DNA of 60,534 bases from Chitinophaga pinensis. Its GTDB lineage: Bacteria; Bacteroidota; Bacteroidia; UKL13-3. The notes under the pieces are model-generated. The model was given only the letters and a program-made list of their open reading frames with translations. It was not told the DNA's origin and ran no database searches. Positions 39,762 through 49,648 of the stretch are shown one piece after another. The translations under genes were made by a program, and so were the position numbers. Position 1 is the first letter of the stretch, and each line of letters opens with the position of its first letter. The stretch is taken from NCBI GenBank assembly GCA_945875195.1, contig CAMCJW010000001.1:1-60534 (forward strand), written 5' to 3'.

Positions 39762-40598
39762 ATGAAATCAATCTTCGACAAAATCTCAATTAAAAGCAGC
39801 AGGTTGGTAACTAAAACTTATAGTACATCCTTTTCATTGGGAATTAGTTTCTTGTCGAAACGGTTTCAAGATCCCATTTACGCAGTGTATGGTTTTGTTA
39901 GGTTGGCCGATGAAATTGTTGATTCTTTTCATGGTTATCCAAAAAGACAATTGTTGGAAGAATTCAAGGAGGAAACGTATAAATCTATTAACAGGGGAAT
40001 TAGCACTAATCTAATTCTAAATAGCTTCCAGCAAGTTGTGCATGAATACAACATTGACCATTCTAGTATTGAAACTTTTTTGAAAAGTATGGAAATGGAT
40101 TTAATGTTAAACACATACACACAAGATGGTTATGAAAACTACATTTTAGGATCTGCCGAAGTAGTTGGCTTAATGTGTTTAAGGGTTTTTGTTGAAGGAG
40201 ATAACCAGCAATATGAAAAGCTTAAACCCTATGCAATGAAATTAGGTTCAGCTTTTCAAAAAATAAATTTTTTACGCGATTTCAGAGCTGATAAAGAAGA
40301 TTTGGGAAGGATTTACTTTCCTCAAATGAAGGATAATGATTTCACAGAGGAAGTGAAAAAAGAAATTGAACTAGACATTCTTAAAGACTTTGAATCTGGC
40401 TATCAAGGTATTAAACTCCTGCCAAAAGACACTCGATTTGGTGTTTACGTAGCTTATATTTATTACTCTAGGTTATTAAATAAAATAACCCAGTTACCCG
40501 CCCAAAAAATAATAGAGGAGAGAATTCGAATAAGTAATAAGCAAAAATATGCTTTGTTTTTTGGCTCGTATTTGAGGCATAGCCTTAATATGTTATAG
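39762..40598 (+). CDS. crtB: Phytoene synthase
   Basis: SFSLGISFL, YGFVRLADEIVD and QKINFLRDFRADKEDLGRIYFP Asp-rich blocks. Confidence 0.9.
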   Translation: MKSIFDKISIKSSRLVTKTYSTSFSLGISFLSKRFQDPIYAVYGFVRLADEIVDSFHGYPKRQLLEEFKEETYKSINRGISTNLILNSFQQVVHEYNIDHSSIETFLKSMEMDLMLNTYTQDGYENYILGSAEVVGLMCLRVFVEGDNQQYEKLKPYAMKLGSAFQKINFLRDFRADKEDLGRIYFPQMKDNDFTEEVKKEIELDILKDFESGYQGIKLLPKDTRFGVYVAYIYYSRLLNKITQLPAQKIIEERIRISNKQKYALFFGSYLRHSLNML

Positions 40599-41092
40599 TG
40601 AACAGCATGCTTTATTTGTTTTCTTGCCTGATCCTATTAACCCCTATAAATGATAAAGATTTACTTACTATGCGCGCTGAATATTACCAAGCCATCAATA
40701 GCGAGGAAATTGCAATTAAGTTAGACAAAGAATTAGGCGCAATTAGCAATAAAACGTTTTTACAAATGGGCTATTTTGGTGCAAATAAAATGATACTTGC
40801 CAAATTTGCCTTTTGGCCTAATACCAAATATGCTTTGTTTGTTGATGGTAAAGCAATTTTGGAAGAGGCAATTAAAAACGATTCAAAAAATATTGAATTG
40901 ATTTTCCTGCGTTATCCAGTTCAACTAAACGCACCATCCATATTAGATTATAATCAAAATGTGGCAAGCGATAAAAAAATACTCGTTAACGAAGTAAAAT
41001 CAATAAAAGACAAAGATTTGAAAACTCGAATTTTGGCGTTTCTATTAAGTGATGGTAAATTAACGGAAGCGGAAAGGAAAGCTATTCAATGA
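40598..41092 (+). CDS. Hypothetical protein embedded in the crtB-idi operon
   Basis: 164 codons from GTG 40598 (or ATG 40607). The start touches the crtB stop and the stop overlaps the idi ATG (ATGA at 41089-41092). Hydrophobic N-terminus, predicted helical, no family recognised. Confidence 0.6.
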   Translation: MNSMLYLFSCLILLTPINDKDLLTMRAEYYQAINSEEIAIKLDKELGAISNKTFLQMGYFGANKMILAKFAFWPNTKYALFVDGKAILEEAIKNDSKNIELIFLRYPVQLNAPSILDYNQNVASDKKILVNEVKSIKDKDLKTRILAFLLSDGKLTEAERKAIQ

Positions 41093-41601
41093 GCCCCGAA
41101 ATGGTAATTCTTGTTGATGAAAACGATAATCAAATTGGGTTCATGGAAAAACAAGAAGCACATGAAAAAGGAGTGCTTCATCGAGCATTTTCTGTTTTAG
41201 TCTTTAACTCTAAAGGAGAGCTTCTGTTACAACAAAGAGCTTTAAATAAATATCATTCTGGTGGCTTATGGACCAATACCTGCTGCTCTCATCCTCGCCA
41301 AGGCGAAACAACCGAAGAAGCGGCCCACCGCAGATTAAAAGAAGAAATGGGTTTCGATTGCCCACTCAAACTTCATCAGTCATTCATCTACAAAGCGCCG
41401 TTTGAAAATGGACTAACCGAACATGAATTAGACTATATTTATATTGGACAATACAACGAAAATCCCCAATTTAATCCTGTAGAAGTGCATACTTTTAAAT
41501 GGATTTCTATGGAAGAATTATACACTCAATTAACATTGGAACCTAAGCAATTTACTGTTTGGTTTAAGATGATAATGGATCATTATTTGACTGATAAGTA
41601 G
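41089..41601 (+). CDS. idi: Isopentenyl-diphosphate delta-isomerase, type 1 (Nudix)
   Basis: LHRAFSVLVFNSKGELLLQQRA..KYHSGGLWTNTCCSHP and TEHELDYIY blocks. Confidence 0.9.
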   Translation: MSPEMVILVDENDNQIGFMEKQEAHEKGVLHRAFSVLVFNSKGELLLQQRALNKYHSGGLWTNTCCSHPRQGETTEEAAHRRLKEEMGFDCPLKLHQSFIYKAPFENGLTEHELDYIYIGQYNENPQFNPVEVHTFKWISMEELYTQLTLEPKQFTVWFKMIMDHYLTDK

Positions 41602-41730
41602 TGTTTTAAAATCATTTTTTCATTCAAAGTAGGCAACATAAGCTTTATTGCTACTGCAATTGGTAGTTTCTATGCCATGAATCAAGCATTTTTTCATAAT
41701 ATTCCTCCGAAAATTGTATTTTCGCACTTT

Positions 41731-42102
41731 ATGAGTGTACGTCAAGAGAAGTTTGCCGGTTTAATCCAACAACACCTAGCAGAAATTTTCCAACGCAATT
41801 CTGAATATGTTAACAGAGAATTTGTTACCATCAGTAAAGTGGAAATTTCGCCAGATTTGGGTTATGCCAAAGTTTATATTAGCCTAATTAAAAAAGAAGG
41901 AAGAGATGCATTGATGAAATGTGTGAACCTACACAACCCTCAAATAAGAAAACAATTGGCAACGAAAGTGCGAAATCAAGCCAGAATAGTTCCAGAACTC
42001 AACTTTTTACTTGATGATAGTCTTGATTATGTATTCCATATGGATGAAGTAATGAAACGCATTAACGAAGAAGACGAAAGAAAAAGAAACGAAAACAATT
42101 AA
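41731..42102 (+). CDS. rbfA: Ribosome-binding factor A
   Basis: MSVRQEKFAGLIQQHLAEIF...VTISKVEISPDLGYAKVYIS. ATG 41731 preferred over the track start 41677. Confidence 0.85.
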   Translation: MSVRQEKFAGLIQQHLAEIFQRNSEYVNREFVTISKVEISPDLGYAKVYISLIKKEGRDALMKCVNLHNPQIRKQLATKVRNQARIVPELNFLLDDSLDYVFHMDEVMKRINEEDERKRNENN

Positions 42103-42119
42103 ATTACGAGTTTTATCCA

Positions 42120-42926
42120 ATGAATTACGATCCAATTAAAAAAGACCTTGGTATAGTTTTTAATCAAAATACCTTTTTAAGAAAGATATTTTATTCCCTT
42201 TTAGATTTGCTATTGCTCCGCACTTGGCATGTTCACAGAGAATTAAAATTGTGGATGAAAAACAATTCTTCTGCCCTGATCTTAGATGCAGGATCGGGCT
42301 TTGGTCAATATAGTTTTTTCATGGCTAAACAAAGTCGCCAATACATTATTGAAGCTGTTGATGTGAAAGATGATCAAATAGCAGATTGCAATCAATTTTT
42401 TAATAAATGTAACCTTGGCAACGCCACGTTTGCAATAGGTGATTTAACCAAGCCCATTGCTCAAAACAAATACGACTTGGTAATGTGCGTAGATGTAATG
42501 GAACATATTTTAGAAGATGTAACCGTTTTCAAAAACTTCAACCAAGCCATGAAACCAGGGGCAATGCTTTTAATTTCAACTCCTAGCGACCAAGGAGGTA
42601 GCGATGTTCATGAAGAAACTGGAGAAAGTTTTATCGGTGAACATGTTCGCGATGGTTACCCTGTTGAAGAAATGGCAGAAAAACTAAAGCAAGCTGGTTT
42701 TTCCAAAATGGAGATTTTATACAGCTATGGAAATCCTGGTAAAATTGCTTGGCGTTTAAGCATGAAATACCCGATGCTCCTGCTCAATACCAGTAAAATA
42801 TTTTTTGTCTTAATTCCGTTCTATTATTTACTTACCTATCCTTTTAGTTTCTTACTAAACTGGATAGATACCAATACAACCCATAAAACAGGTACTGGCT
42901 TAATTGTAAAAGCTTGGAAATCCTAA
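42120..42926 (+). CDS. Class I SAM-dependent methyltransferase with hydrophobic C-terminus
   Basis: ILDAGSGFGQYSFF motif I and DLVMCVDVMEHI. Confidence 0.75.
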   Translation: MNYDPIKKDLGIVFNQNTFLRKIFYSLLDLLLLRTWHVHRELKLWMKNNSSALILDAGSGFGQYSFFMAKQSRQYIIEAVDVKDDQIADCNQFFNKCNLGNATFAIGDLTKPIAQNKYDLVMCVDVMEHILEDVTVFKNFNQAMKPGAMLLISTPSDQGGSDVHEETGESFIGEHVRDGYPVEEMAEKLKQAGFSKMEILYSYGNPGKIAWRLSMKYPMLLLNTSKIFFVLIPFYYLLTYPFSFLLNWIDTNTTHKTGTGLIVKAWKS

Positions 42927-42934
42927 AATGACAG

Positions 42935-44161
42935 TTGAACCTACCATTTAAAATAGCTAGTCGGTATTTTTTCTCTCGCAAAAAAAGCGGTGGCTATAAT
43001 GCCATTTCATTGATTTCCTATATTTCCTTATTGGGATATGCCGTTGGAGCGGCCGCATTACTTATAGTGCTCTCGGTTTTCAATGGTTTTGAAGGTTTGT
43101 TCACAAAAATGTATAGCAATTTTGATGCAGATTTTCAGGTACTCCCAAAAACAGGAAAAAACATTTTAATAAAAGACATTCCTATTAATAAGATAAAAGA
43201 AAAATCTTGGCTTAAAGGAGTTTCGGCCGTGTGGGAAGAAAATGCCCTGCTCCGCTATAATGGCAAACAAACAATTGCTACCATTAAAGGGGTGGATCAA
43301 AACTACCTCAAAACAAATCCACTAGATAGCCATTTGCTCAGAGGAGCCCTCATGCTTCAAAATGGCGATACTTCATTTGCAATTATTGGTCAGGGAATCG
43401 CATACCAATTAGGGGTAGATCCAGATGATCAGTTTCATTATTTGGGAGTTTACCTGCCCAAAAAGGGCAACATAGACTTGCTCAATCCGGAAGGGGCATT
43501 TGCCCACGGACTTGTTTTTCCGGTTGGTGTAATTGGTGTTCAAGAGGAGGTTGACAATAAATATGTACTGTTACCACTCAATTATATTTTTAATCAAATT
43601 GGTGATAGCACACATATTAGTATGCTCGAAATTAGGGTGCAAGAAGGCCAAGACTTATCAGGAGTAAGAGCCGATTTAACAGATTTGATAGGGCCAAATT
43701 ATACCCTAAAAAACCGATTTGAACAAAGAGAAAGTTTTTTTAAAGTGATGCAATCCGAAAAAAGTATTTCTTATTTCATTTTGGTATTTATTTTATTAAT
43801 TGCTGCTTTCAATACAATTGGATCTTTGTATATGTTGGTAATAGAAAAAAAACGCGATTTGAGCGTTTTGTCAACCTTAGGTTTGAGCCCAAACAAGGCA
43901 GCACAGATTTTTATTTACCAAGGACTATACATTGCCATTGTAGGCGGCTTATTAGGCCTTGTAATAGGCTACGGCATCTGTTGGGGGCAACAAGAATATA
44001 GTTGGGTGGCACTACAAAGTAATGGAAGTACCATGATAAGTGCATATCCTATAAACGTAAAGTTTTACGATACAATTAAAGTATTTTTCACTTTGCTTGG
44101 TATGGGGGTAATTACCTCACTTTATCCGGCATGGAAAGCAAGAGAAATTGTAAAAGAGTAA
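42935..44161 (+). CDS. FtsX-like ABC transporter permease (LolC/E-like)
   Basis: (M)NLPFKIASRYFFSRKK N-terminus, large periplasmic loop, three C-terminal TM helices. TTG start. Confidence 0.8.
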   Translation: MNLPFKIASRYFFSRKKSGGYNAISLISYISLLGYAVGAAALLIVLSVFNGFEGLFTKMYSNFDADFQVLPKTGKNILIKDIPINKIKEKSWLKGVSAVWEENALLRYNGKQTIATIKGVDQNYLKTNPLDSHLLRGALMLQNGDTSFAIIGQGIAYQLGVDPDDQFHYLGVYLPKKGNIDLLNPEGAFAHGLVFPVGVIGVQEEVDNKYVLLPLNYIFNQIGDSTHISMLEIRVQEGQDLSGVRADLTDLIGPNYTLKNRFEQRESFFKVMQSEKSISYFILVFILLIAAFNTIGSLYMLVIEKKRDLSVLSTLGLSPNKAAQIFIYQGLYIAIVGGLLGLVIGYGICWGQQEYSWVALQSNGSTMISAYPINVKFYDTIKVFFTLLGMGVITSLYPAWKAREIVKE

Positions 44162-45154
44162 TTAGGGTTTCTCTCTATAAACAACTTCCAAAAGCGTTTG
44201 CCCAACTGCCTTCAACGTATTTCTATCAATAACACTTAACTTATCATTTATAGTATGCCAATGGGCCGGAAACCGGGAATCAGTTCCTTCTGTGTAATGA
44301 ATGATATCTATGGTTGGTATGCCTGCTAATTCGTTAATGTATTTATGGTCATCTGTGATATAACCACCTTGGTAATAATAAAAGTAATTGGTATATCCCA
44401 ATTGGGTGGCCTGATCCCATACTTTTCTCAGAACTGGTTCTGCATATTTCAAGCTATATCCCTCCCAAATAAAACGCGCATTAAACGCGCCAACCATATC
44501 CAATAAAACTCCATAATCTGCTTTATAGCCTGGCTTGTGTTTATTCTTAGACCAATATTGTGAGCCCAAACAATAGGTATCTCCACCTTGATCAGATTTT
44601 CCTAGATCTTCTGCATCTAAACAGATAAAATCAACACCAATATCAGGCCTTTGGGCTTGCATCATTCTTGCCATTTCTAACATCACTGCAACGCCACTTG
44701 CACCATCATCAGCCGCATCTATTGCCTTGTTATGATTTGCTGGATTTGGGTCGTTGTCTGCATAAGGTCTGCTATCCCAATGCGAACAAATTAGTACCCT
44801 TTTTTTTGCCTTAGGATTAAAGGAGGCTATGATGTTTTTTATTTGAAGTTTTCTTTTATCCCAGTTGGTAACGGTAGCCTTTTGCTCAATTACCTCATCG
44901 GCATATTTTCTAAATTCTGCAGCCAAATAATTTCCACATTTCGTATGTGCTTCACTGTTGCAAACACGTGGACCAAATGAAACCTGCTTCTCAATAAATA
45001 TAAAAGCAGAATCTGCATTAAAGTTTGGACTCAGCTTTTGGTAAGCTGAAACAACCGGAGATTGCGTTTCGGTACTTTTGTTTTTCTTGGGTTTGTTTTC
45101 ACAAGAAGCAATCATAAAAATCAAAATGGCGGTGGTTATAACTGTTAATTTCAT
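44162..45154 (-). CDS. M28-fold lipoprotein, probable glutaminyl-peptide cyclotransferase
   Basis: Lipobox MIASC, plus HWDSRPYAD, DDGASGVAVMLE and DAEDLG metal-ligand blocks. Size and layout resemble the Bacteroidota type II QC. Confidence 0.65.
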   Translation of the reverse strand: MKLTVITTAILIFMIASCENKPKKNKSTETQSPVVSAYQKLSPNFNADSAFIFIEKQVSFGPRVCNSEAHTKCGNYLAAEFRKYADEVIEQKATVTNWDKRKLQIKNIIASFNPKAKKRVLICSHWDSRPYADNDPNPANHNKAIDAADDGASGVAVMLEMARMMQAQRPDIGVDFICLDAEDLGKSDQGGDTYCLGSQYWSKNKHKPGYKADYGVLLDMVGAFNARFIWEGYSLKYAEPVLRKVWDQATQLGYTNYFYYYQGGYITDDHKYINELAGIPTIDIIHYTEGTDSRFPAHWHTINDKLSVIDRNTLKAVGQTLLEVVYREKP

Positions 45155-45285
45155 TGGCGTAAAAATAACTATTTAACAACCTATTTACCTAAAAAAGCTT
45201 AATTTAAGCCCACAATTAAAACAGTGGGTTTGGAAGTGTAAATTCAATTCCTAATTCAAGTATATTCGCAATTTAACCATGTAAT

Positions 45286-47718
45286 ATGAAAAACACATTA
45301 CTCATTCTACTATGCATTATCGGTTTTTTTGGTTCGGCCCAAAACACCTTTAACAGTTATTTAAAAGACCCTGCTACCTATAGAGAGCACCCAATTGATA
45401 TGCAAAAAATGATTGTGGAAGTTTCTTTCGATGCCCAAAAAGGCATTGTGAATGGTAAGGTTAAGCACCAGTTTAAGGTATTACAAAAAACAGTTGATTC
45501 CCTTTTTTTTGATGGACCAGGCATCCAGATCTTAACTGCAACGTTTAACGGTTTGAACCTAAATTACCACATAGTTTCAACTGGTGTTTGGGTAATACCT
45601 GCACAAGCCTTTAAATGGGATCAAACAGGAGAAATTGTATTTACCTACAAGGCAACGCCTCGCAAAGGAATTTACTTTATTGGCTGGAATATTCCTGAAC
45701 CAAAAGTTGCCGATCCATTTACTGTGCGCAAACAAATATGGACGCAAGGGCAAGGAGTTGACAACCGCTATTGGATTCCGATGTATGATGACATGAATGA
45801 TAAATTTATTACAGAAACCATCACCAGCTTTGATAAAAACTACCAAGTTTTAAGTAACGGAAAACTCCTAAGTAAAAAGGCCAATAAAGATGGAACAATT
45901 ACTTGGCACTATGCAATGAGCAAGCCTCACGCAGGCTATTTGCTCATGTTAGGGATAGGCAAATATGCAATTGCAACCGCAAAAAGCAAAAGTGGTGTGC
46001 CTTTGCAATTTTGGTATTATCCAGAATTTGCAAATAGAATGGAGCCTACCTTCAAGCATTCCGCTATGATGATAGATTTTCTTGAAGCACAAACAGGTAT
46101 TCCTTATCCTTGGGAAAGTTATAGCCAAATTATGGTTCAAGACTTTTTATATGGCGCTATGGAAAATACAACAGCCACTATATTTGGCGATTTCTTTAAC
46201 GTGGATGAAAGAGCCTTTTTAGATAAAAATTATATAGGTGTAAATTGCCATGAACTTACCCACCAGTGGTTTGGAGATTTTATAACAGCAAGAGACGGAA
46301 GAGACACCTGGTTGCAAGAAAGTTATGCTACCTATTTTCCAAAACAATTAAGCAAGGTATTAGATGGCGATGACGAATGGAATTGGCAGAGAAGGGCTCA
46401 TCAAAATTCAGCAATTGAAGCGGGTAAAAAAGACAATTATGCGGTAAGGCATACCTCTGGCGGAACTGCACGAGTATATCCCAAAGGCGCTGCTGTTATT
46501 AGCATGCTTTCTGATATTCTTGGTGAAGAGCAATGGAAAAGAGTGCTGAACCATTATTTAAAATCCCACGCATATTCAAACGTAGAAACCAATGATTTAC
46601 AACAAGCCATAAAAGATGTTTTAGGATTAAATCTAGATTGGTTTTTTGACCAATGGATTTACAGAGGAGGTGAGCCACATTACCGCGTGCACTACGAAGA
46701 CCTTTCCTATAAAGACGGCAACAGAGGAACAGAAATTGCTATTGAACAAATTCAAAAAATGGATGAAACAATCCATGCATTTAAAATGCCAATTACCCTT
46801 GAGGTTCATTACATGGATGGTTCTGTTTCATCGGTAACCGAAATAATCAGCAATGAATTTGAGGTAGTAAAAATAAACAACCCAAATAAGTTAAATATTG
46901 CATTTGTTCTGTTTGATCCAAACTCTATTGTGCTCAAACAGCTAAGCTTTAAAAAGTCTTTTGACGAACTCAAGTATCAGGCAGACCAAGCCAAATTTAT
47001 GCTCGACAGGTACGATGCCGTTGTGGCCATGAAACAATTACCAATTGAACAAAAAAGGGCTATTTTATTGAAGGTATTGAATCAAGAAAAACATGAGGGT
47101 ATCATCAATGAAATTATTAGCCAACTTGGATCAGACCAAAACAGCCAAAGTGCCATAAATAAACTGGCATCCTCGCCAAAGTCAGCTATTCGCTATCAAA
47201 TCATTAAAATGCTTGAACCAACAAGCTCAAACAAAGAGCTGTTTGAAAAAGCACTCCTAGATAGCAGCTACGATGTGGTCAAGCTATCTTTAGAAAAGTT
47301 GTGCAACCAATATCCTTTAGAGGTTAAAGACTTCTTACATAAAACCTCGCAAATAGAGGGTATGAACCATTCTGTTCAAATAAAATGGCTAGAAATTAGC
47401 ATCCTTAATAACGTGGAGGAACAAAATGCCAGGAAAAATTTAACTTTATTTGCTTCAGAAAACTATGAATTTAGAACCAAGATATTGGCTTTTGCTGCTT
47501 TAAAATCAACCAATACCTGTAACGAGGAAGTGGCTAGAAACCTTTTGCAGGCTATTCTTTCGAGCAATGGAAGACTAGCTGGCCCTGCCACCGACTTAGC
47601 AAATTATTTTTGCAGTAACCTGGCATTCAAAAGGGTTTTCGTATCAACTTTGCAAAACCAAAATTTTACCGATCAAGAAAAAAATGTGCTAACAAAAGCC
47701 TTATTTTTGTCGAACTAA
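45286..47718 (+). CDS. M1-family metallopeptidase (aminopeptidase N-like) with helical-repeat C-terminus
   Basis: GAMEN exopeptidase motif and HELTHQWFGD...E zinc motif; signal peptide SA|Q. Confidence 0.85.
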   Translation: MKNTLLILLCIIGFFGSAQNTFNSYLKDPATYREHPIDMQKMIVEVSFDAQKGIVNGKVKHQFKVLQKTVDSLFFDGPGIQILTATFNGLNLNYHIVSTGVWVIPAQAFKWDQTGEIVFTYKATPRKGIYFIGWNIPEPKVADPFTVRKQIWTQGQGVDNRYWIPMYDDMNDKFITETITSFDKNYQVLSNGKLLSKKANKDGTITWHYAMSKPHAGYLLMLGIGKYAIATAKSKSGVPLQFWYYPEFANRMEPTFKHSAMMIDFLEAQTGIPYPWESYSQIMVQDFLYGAMENTTATIFGDFFNVDERAFLDKNYIGVNCHELTHQWFGDFITARDGRDTWLQESYATYFPKQLSKVLDGDDEWNWQRRAHQNSAIEAGKKDNYAVRHTSGGTARVYPKGAAVISMLSDILGEEQWKRVLNHYLKSHAYSNVETNDLQQAIKDVLGLNLDWFFDQWIYRGGEPHYRVHYEDLSYKDGNRGTEIAIEQIQKMDETIHAFKMPITLEVHYMDGSVSSVTEIISNEFEVVKINNPNKLNIAFVLFDPNSIVLKQLSFKKSFDELKYQADQAKFMLDRYDAVVAMKQLPIEQKRAILLKVLNQEKHEGIINEIISQLGSDQNSQSAINKLASSPKSAIRYQIIKMLEPTSSNKELFEKALLDSSYDVVKLSLEKLCNQYPLEVKDFLHKTSQIEGMNHSVQIKWLEISILNNVEEQNARKNLTLFASENYEFRTKILAFAALKSTNTCNEEVARNLLQAILSSNGRLAGPATDLANYFCSNLAFKRVFVSTLQNQNFTDQEKNVLTKALFLSN

Positions 47719-47731
47719 TCAATTTAATAAT

Positions 47732-48400
47732 ATGAAAAAAATATTTACATTTATTGTTTTAACGCTATGCCTCATCAATTCAAAAGCACAAGTAAAACCA
47801 TACTCAACTGGTAGCGGTGAACTTATTTTTTCTTTTGCCGATTATAAAGTTAACAATGAGCAAATAAATACGCCTGTTCGTTTTACTTGTTTTTTTCATT
47901 TGGGTATTTTTGAACATTTCGACTTCAGCGACCACGTTGGTATATATACTGGCGGCGCAATTAGAAATGTTGGGTTTACCTCAACCAAAGGTGATACCAT
48001 GATGAAAAGAAGGAATTATTATATTGGTGTTCCGTTGGCCCTAAAAATCGGGAATCTTAAAAACGATACATACCTTTTTGGTGGTGTGGAAGGTGAATTT
48101 GCATTCAACTACAAGGAAAAAGTTTTTGTAAACGAAAACAAATTAGACGATTTAAAATTTAGCACTTGGTTCAGCGACAGAACCAATGCGTTTATGCCAA
48201 GTGCTTTTGTTGGTTTAAACTTAAAAAGTGGCTTGAACCTAAAGTTTAAATATTATCTGAGGGATTTCTACAACAAAGATTATACGGCCCAAGGTGTTAA
48301 AATATACGACAACACGAAAAGTCAAATGTTTTATTTCTCCTTAGCCATGAATATTAGAACAATTTCCACTACAGGTAAAACTTATAACAAAGGTTTATAG
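47732..48400 (+). CDS. Small outer-membrane beta-barrel-like protein, hypothetical
   Basis: Signal KA|Q and alternating beta-strand pattern. No family recognised. Confidence 0.4.
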   Translation: MKKIFTFIVLTLCLINSKAQVKPYSTGSGELIFSFADYKVNNEQINTPVRFTCFFHLGIFEHFDFSDHVGIYTGGAIRNVGFTSTKGDTMMKRRNYYIGVPLALKIGNLKNDTYLFGGVEGEFAFNYKEKVFVNENKLDDLKFSTWFSDRTNAFMPSAFVGLNLKSGLNLKFKYYLRDFYNKDYTAQGVKIYDNTKSQMFYFSLAMNIRTISTTGKTYNKGL

Positions 48401-48687
48401 TTATTTAAGCCCGTTTTGTTTGGCCTTTTTATTGACTAAAAGTTTATTAGCTTAATCTGCTGTTAAAGGTTTAATGCCCATAACAAGTAATTGACAAAGG
48501 TGGGCAAAGTTGCGGCTTATTTGGCAAGGAACTGCCCATTGAATCGCATTGTAATTAAAAAGGTTATCGTTTGAAAAATTAATTTGACGAACAGAAACTA
48601 AATTAAGCCCAAGTTATATAGGAATTTTCATTTTATTGCATCCTTTCAAAAAGAATAAGAAGTAGGAAGGTTTTGTGAAAAACCAGA

Positions 48688-48748
48688 CAAAAAAAATGTG
48701 CAAGTGCTTTAAATCTCTATTTTGATTTGAGATATAATGCACTTGCAC
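48688..48748 (-). terminator. Rho-independent terminator of the rhodopsin gene
   Basis: GTGCAAGTGC (48698-48707) pairs with GCACTTGCAC (48739-48748), with inner ATCTC/GAGAT pairing. The minus strand then reads a T8 run (A-run 48688-48696). Confidence 0.65.
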
Positions 48749-48769
48749 ACTTAAAAATATGTAAATATT

Positions 48770-49486
48770 TTAGTCTTCGCTTCTACTTAAAGTGTAGATA
48801 ACTAAGCCAAATCCAATTTTATTAATTGCGTCTGCAATATTATATACAATATCCATTGCATGTGAAGCAGCAGCTGGATCAGATACCAATTGAATTCCAA
48901 GCAAACCACCTGGTGTGCCTAAAATGTAACCCAATGGATAAATTGCCCATCCTACTAAAACAAACCAACCCAATACTCTAGTTGCTTTTGCAACTTGAAC
49001 ACCAGCTGTTTGAGCCAAATTAGCCACTTCTCCAAACCAAACTAGGTAAACGATGTAGAAGTAAGCAGCACCAGAAATAACACCCCAAAGTACGCTGTTT
49101 CCTCTGTCTATTGTTTCACCAAAATAGCCAGTTACAAGCATTACCAAAGAAGCAAAAATCAATCTCCAAAGCAAGCCAATTTTGGCGCCTGCCTTTTTGG
49201 TGATAAGATAAAACTCAACACACATCAACGGCACAGTAAGAATCCAATCAACATATCTAAAGAATGTTGGTGAATCTCCTGTTTCTAAATTGTAACTCCT
49301 CATGTAGTAGTAGTGTACTGCTGCAATGAAAGTAATCAAACCAGAAACTAAAACAGAAGTTCTCCATTTTTGAGAAGTTGTACTTAACTCAAAAAAGAAA
49401 AACACAGAAGCGGCCATCATGGCCATTGTTCCGATAAAAAACGTGAACGCCACGTAATTATCACTTGCAATTTTTAAATGTTCCAT
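48770..49486 (-). CDS. Proteorhodopsin-type light-driven proton pump (DTE motif)
   Basis: 238 aa, 7 TM helices. RYVDWILTVPLMCVEF gives D80/T84/E91 (GPR D97/T101/E108) and M88 at the tuning site. H58, D219 and Schiff-base K223 (NIADAINKIGFG) are present. Confidence 0.9.
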   Translation of the reverse strand: MEHLKIASDNYVAFTFFIGTMAMMAASVFFFFELSTTSQKWRTSVLVSGLITFIAAVHYYYMRSYNLETGDSPTFFRYVDWILTVPLMCVEFYLITKKAGAKIGLLWRLIFASLVMLVTGYFGETIDRGNSVLWGVISGAAYFYIVYLVWFGEVANLAQTAGVQVAKATRVLGWFVLVGWAIYPLGYILGTPGGLLGIQLVSDPAAASHAMDIVYNIADAINKIGFGLVIYTLSRSED

Positions 49487-49594
49487 AAATATATTTATGT
49501 TTTTTGCCTACTCTTAAGGATTTTCGGATTCTCCCCGTTTTTTTACTTGGTATCTGGATTCCAATACACCAAAAGAACATCATATCTGTAAATA

Positions 49595-49637
49595 AGTTTT
49601 GTCATATTTTATATTTTTAGAAAATTATGACAAAACT
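49595..49637. repeat. Perfect 12-bp inverted repeat between the cyclase-dioxygenase gene and the rhodopsin gene
   Basis: AGTTTTGTCATA (49595-49606) and TATGACAAAACT (49626-49637), separated by a 19-nt AT-only loop. It begins 11 nt after the upstream stop codon. Confidence 0.8.
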
Positions 49638-49648
49638 ATGAGACTGTC

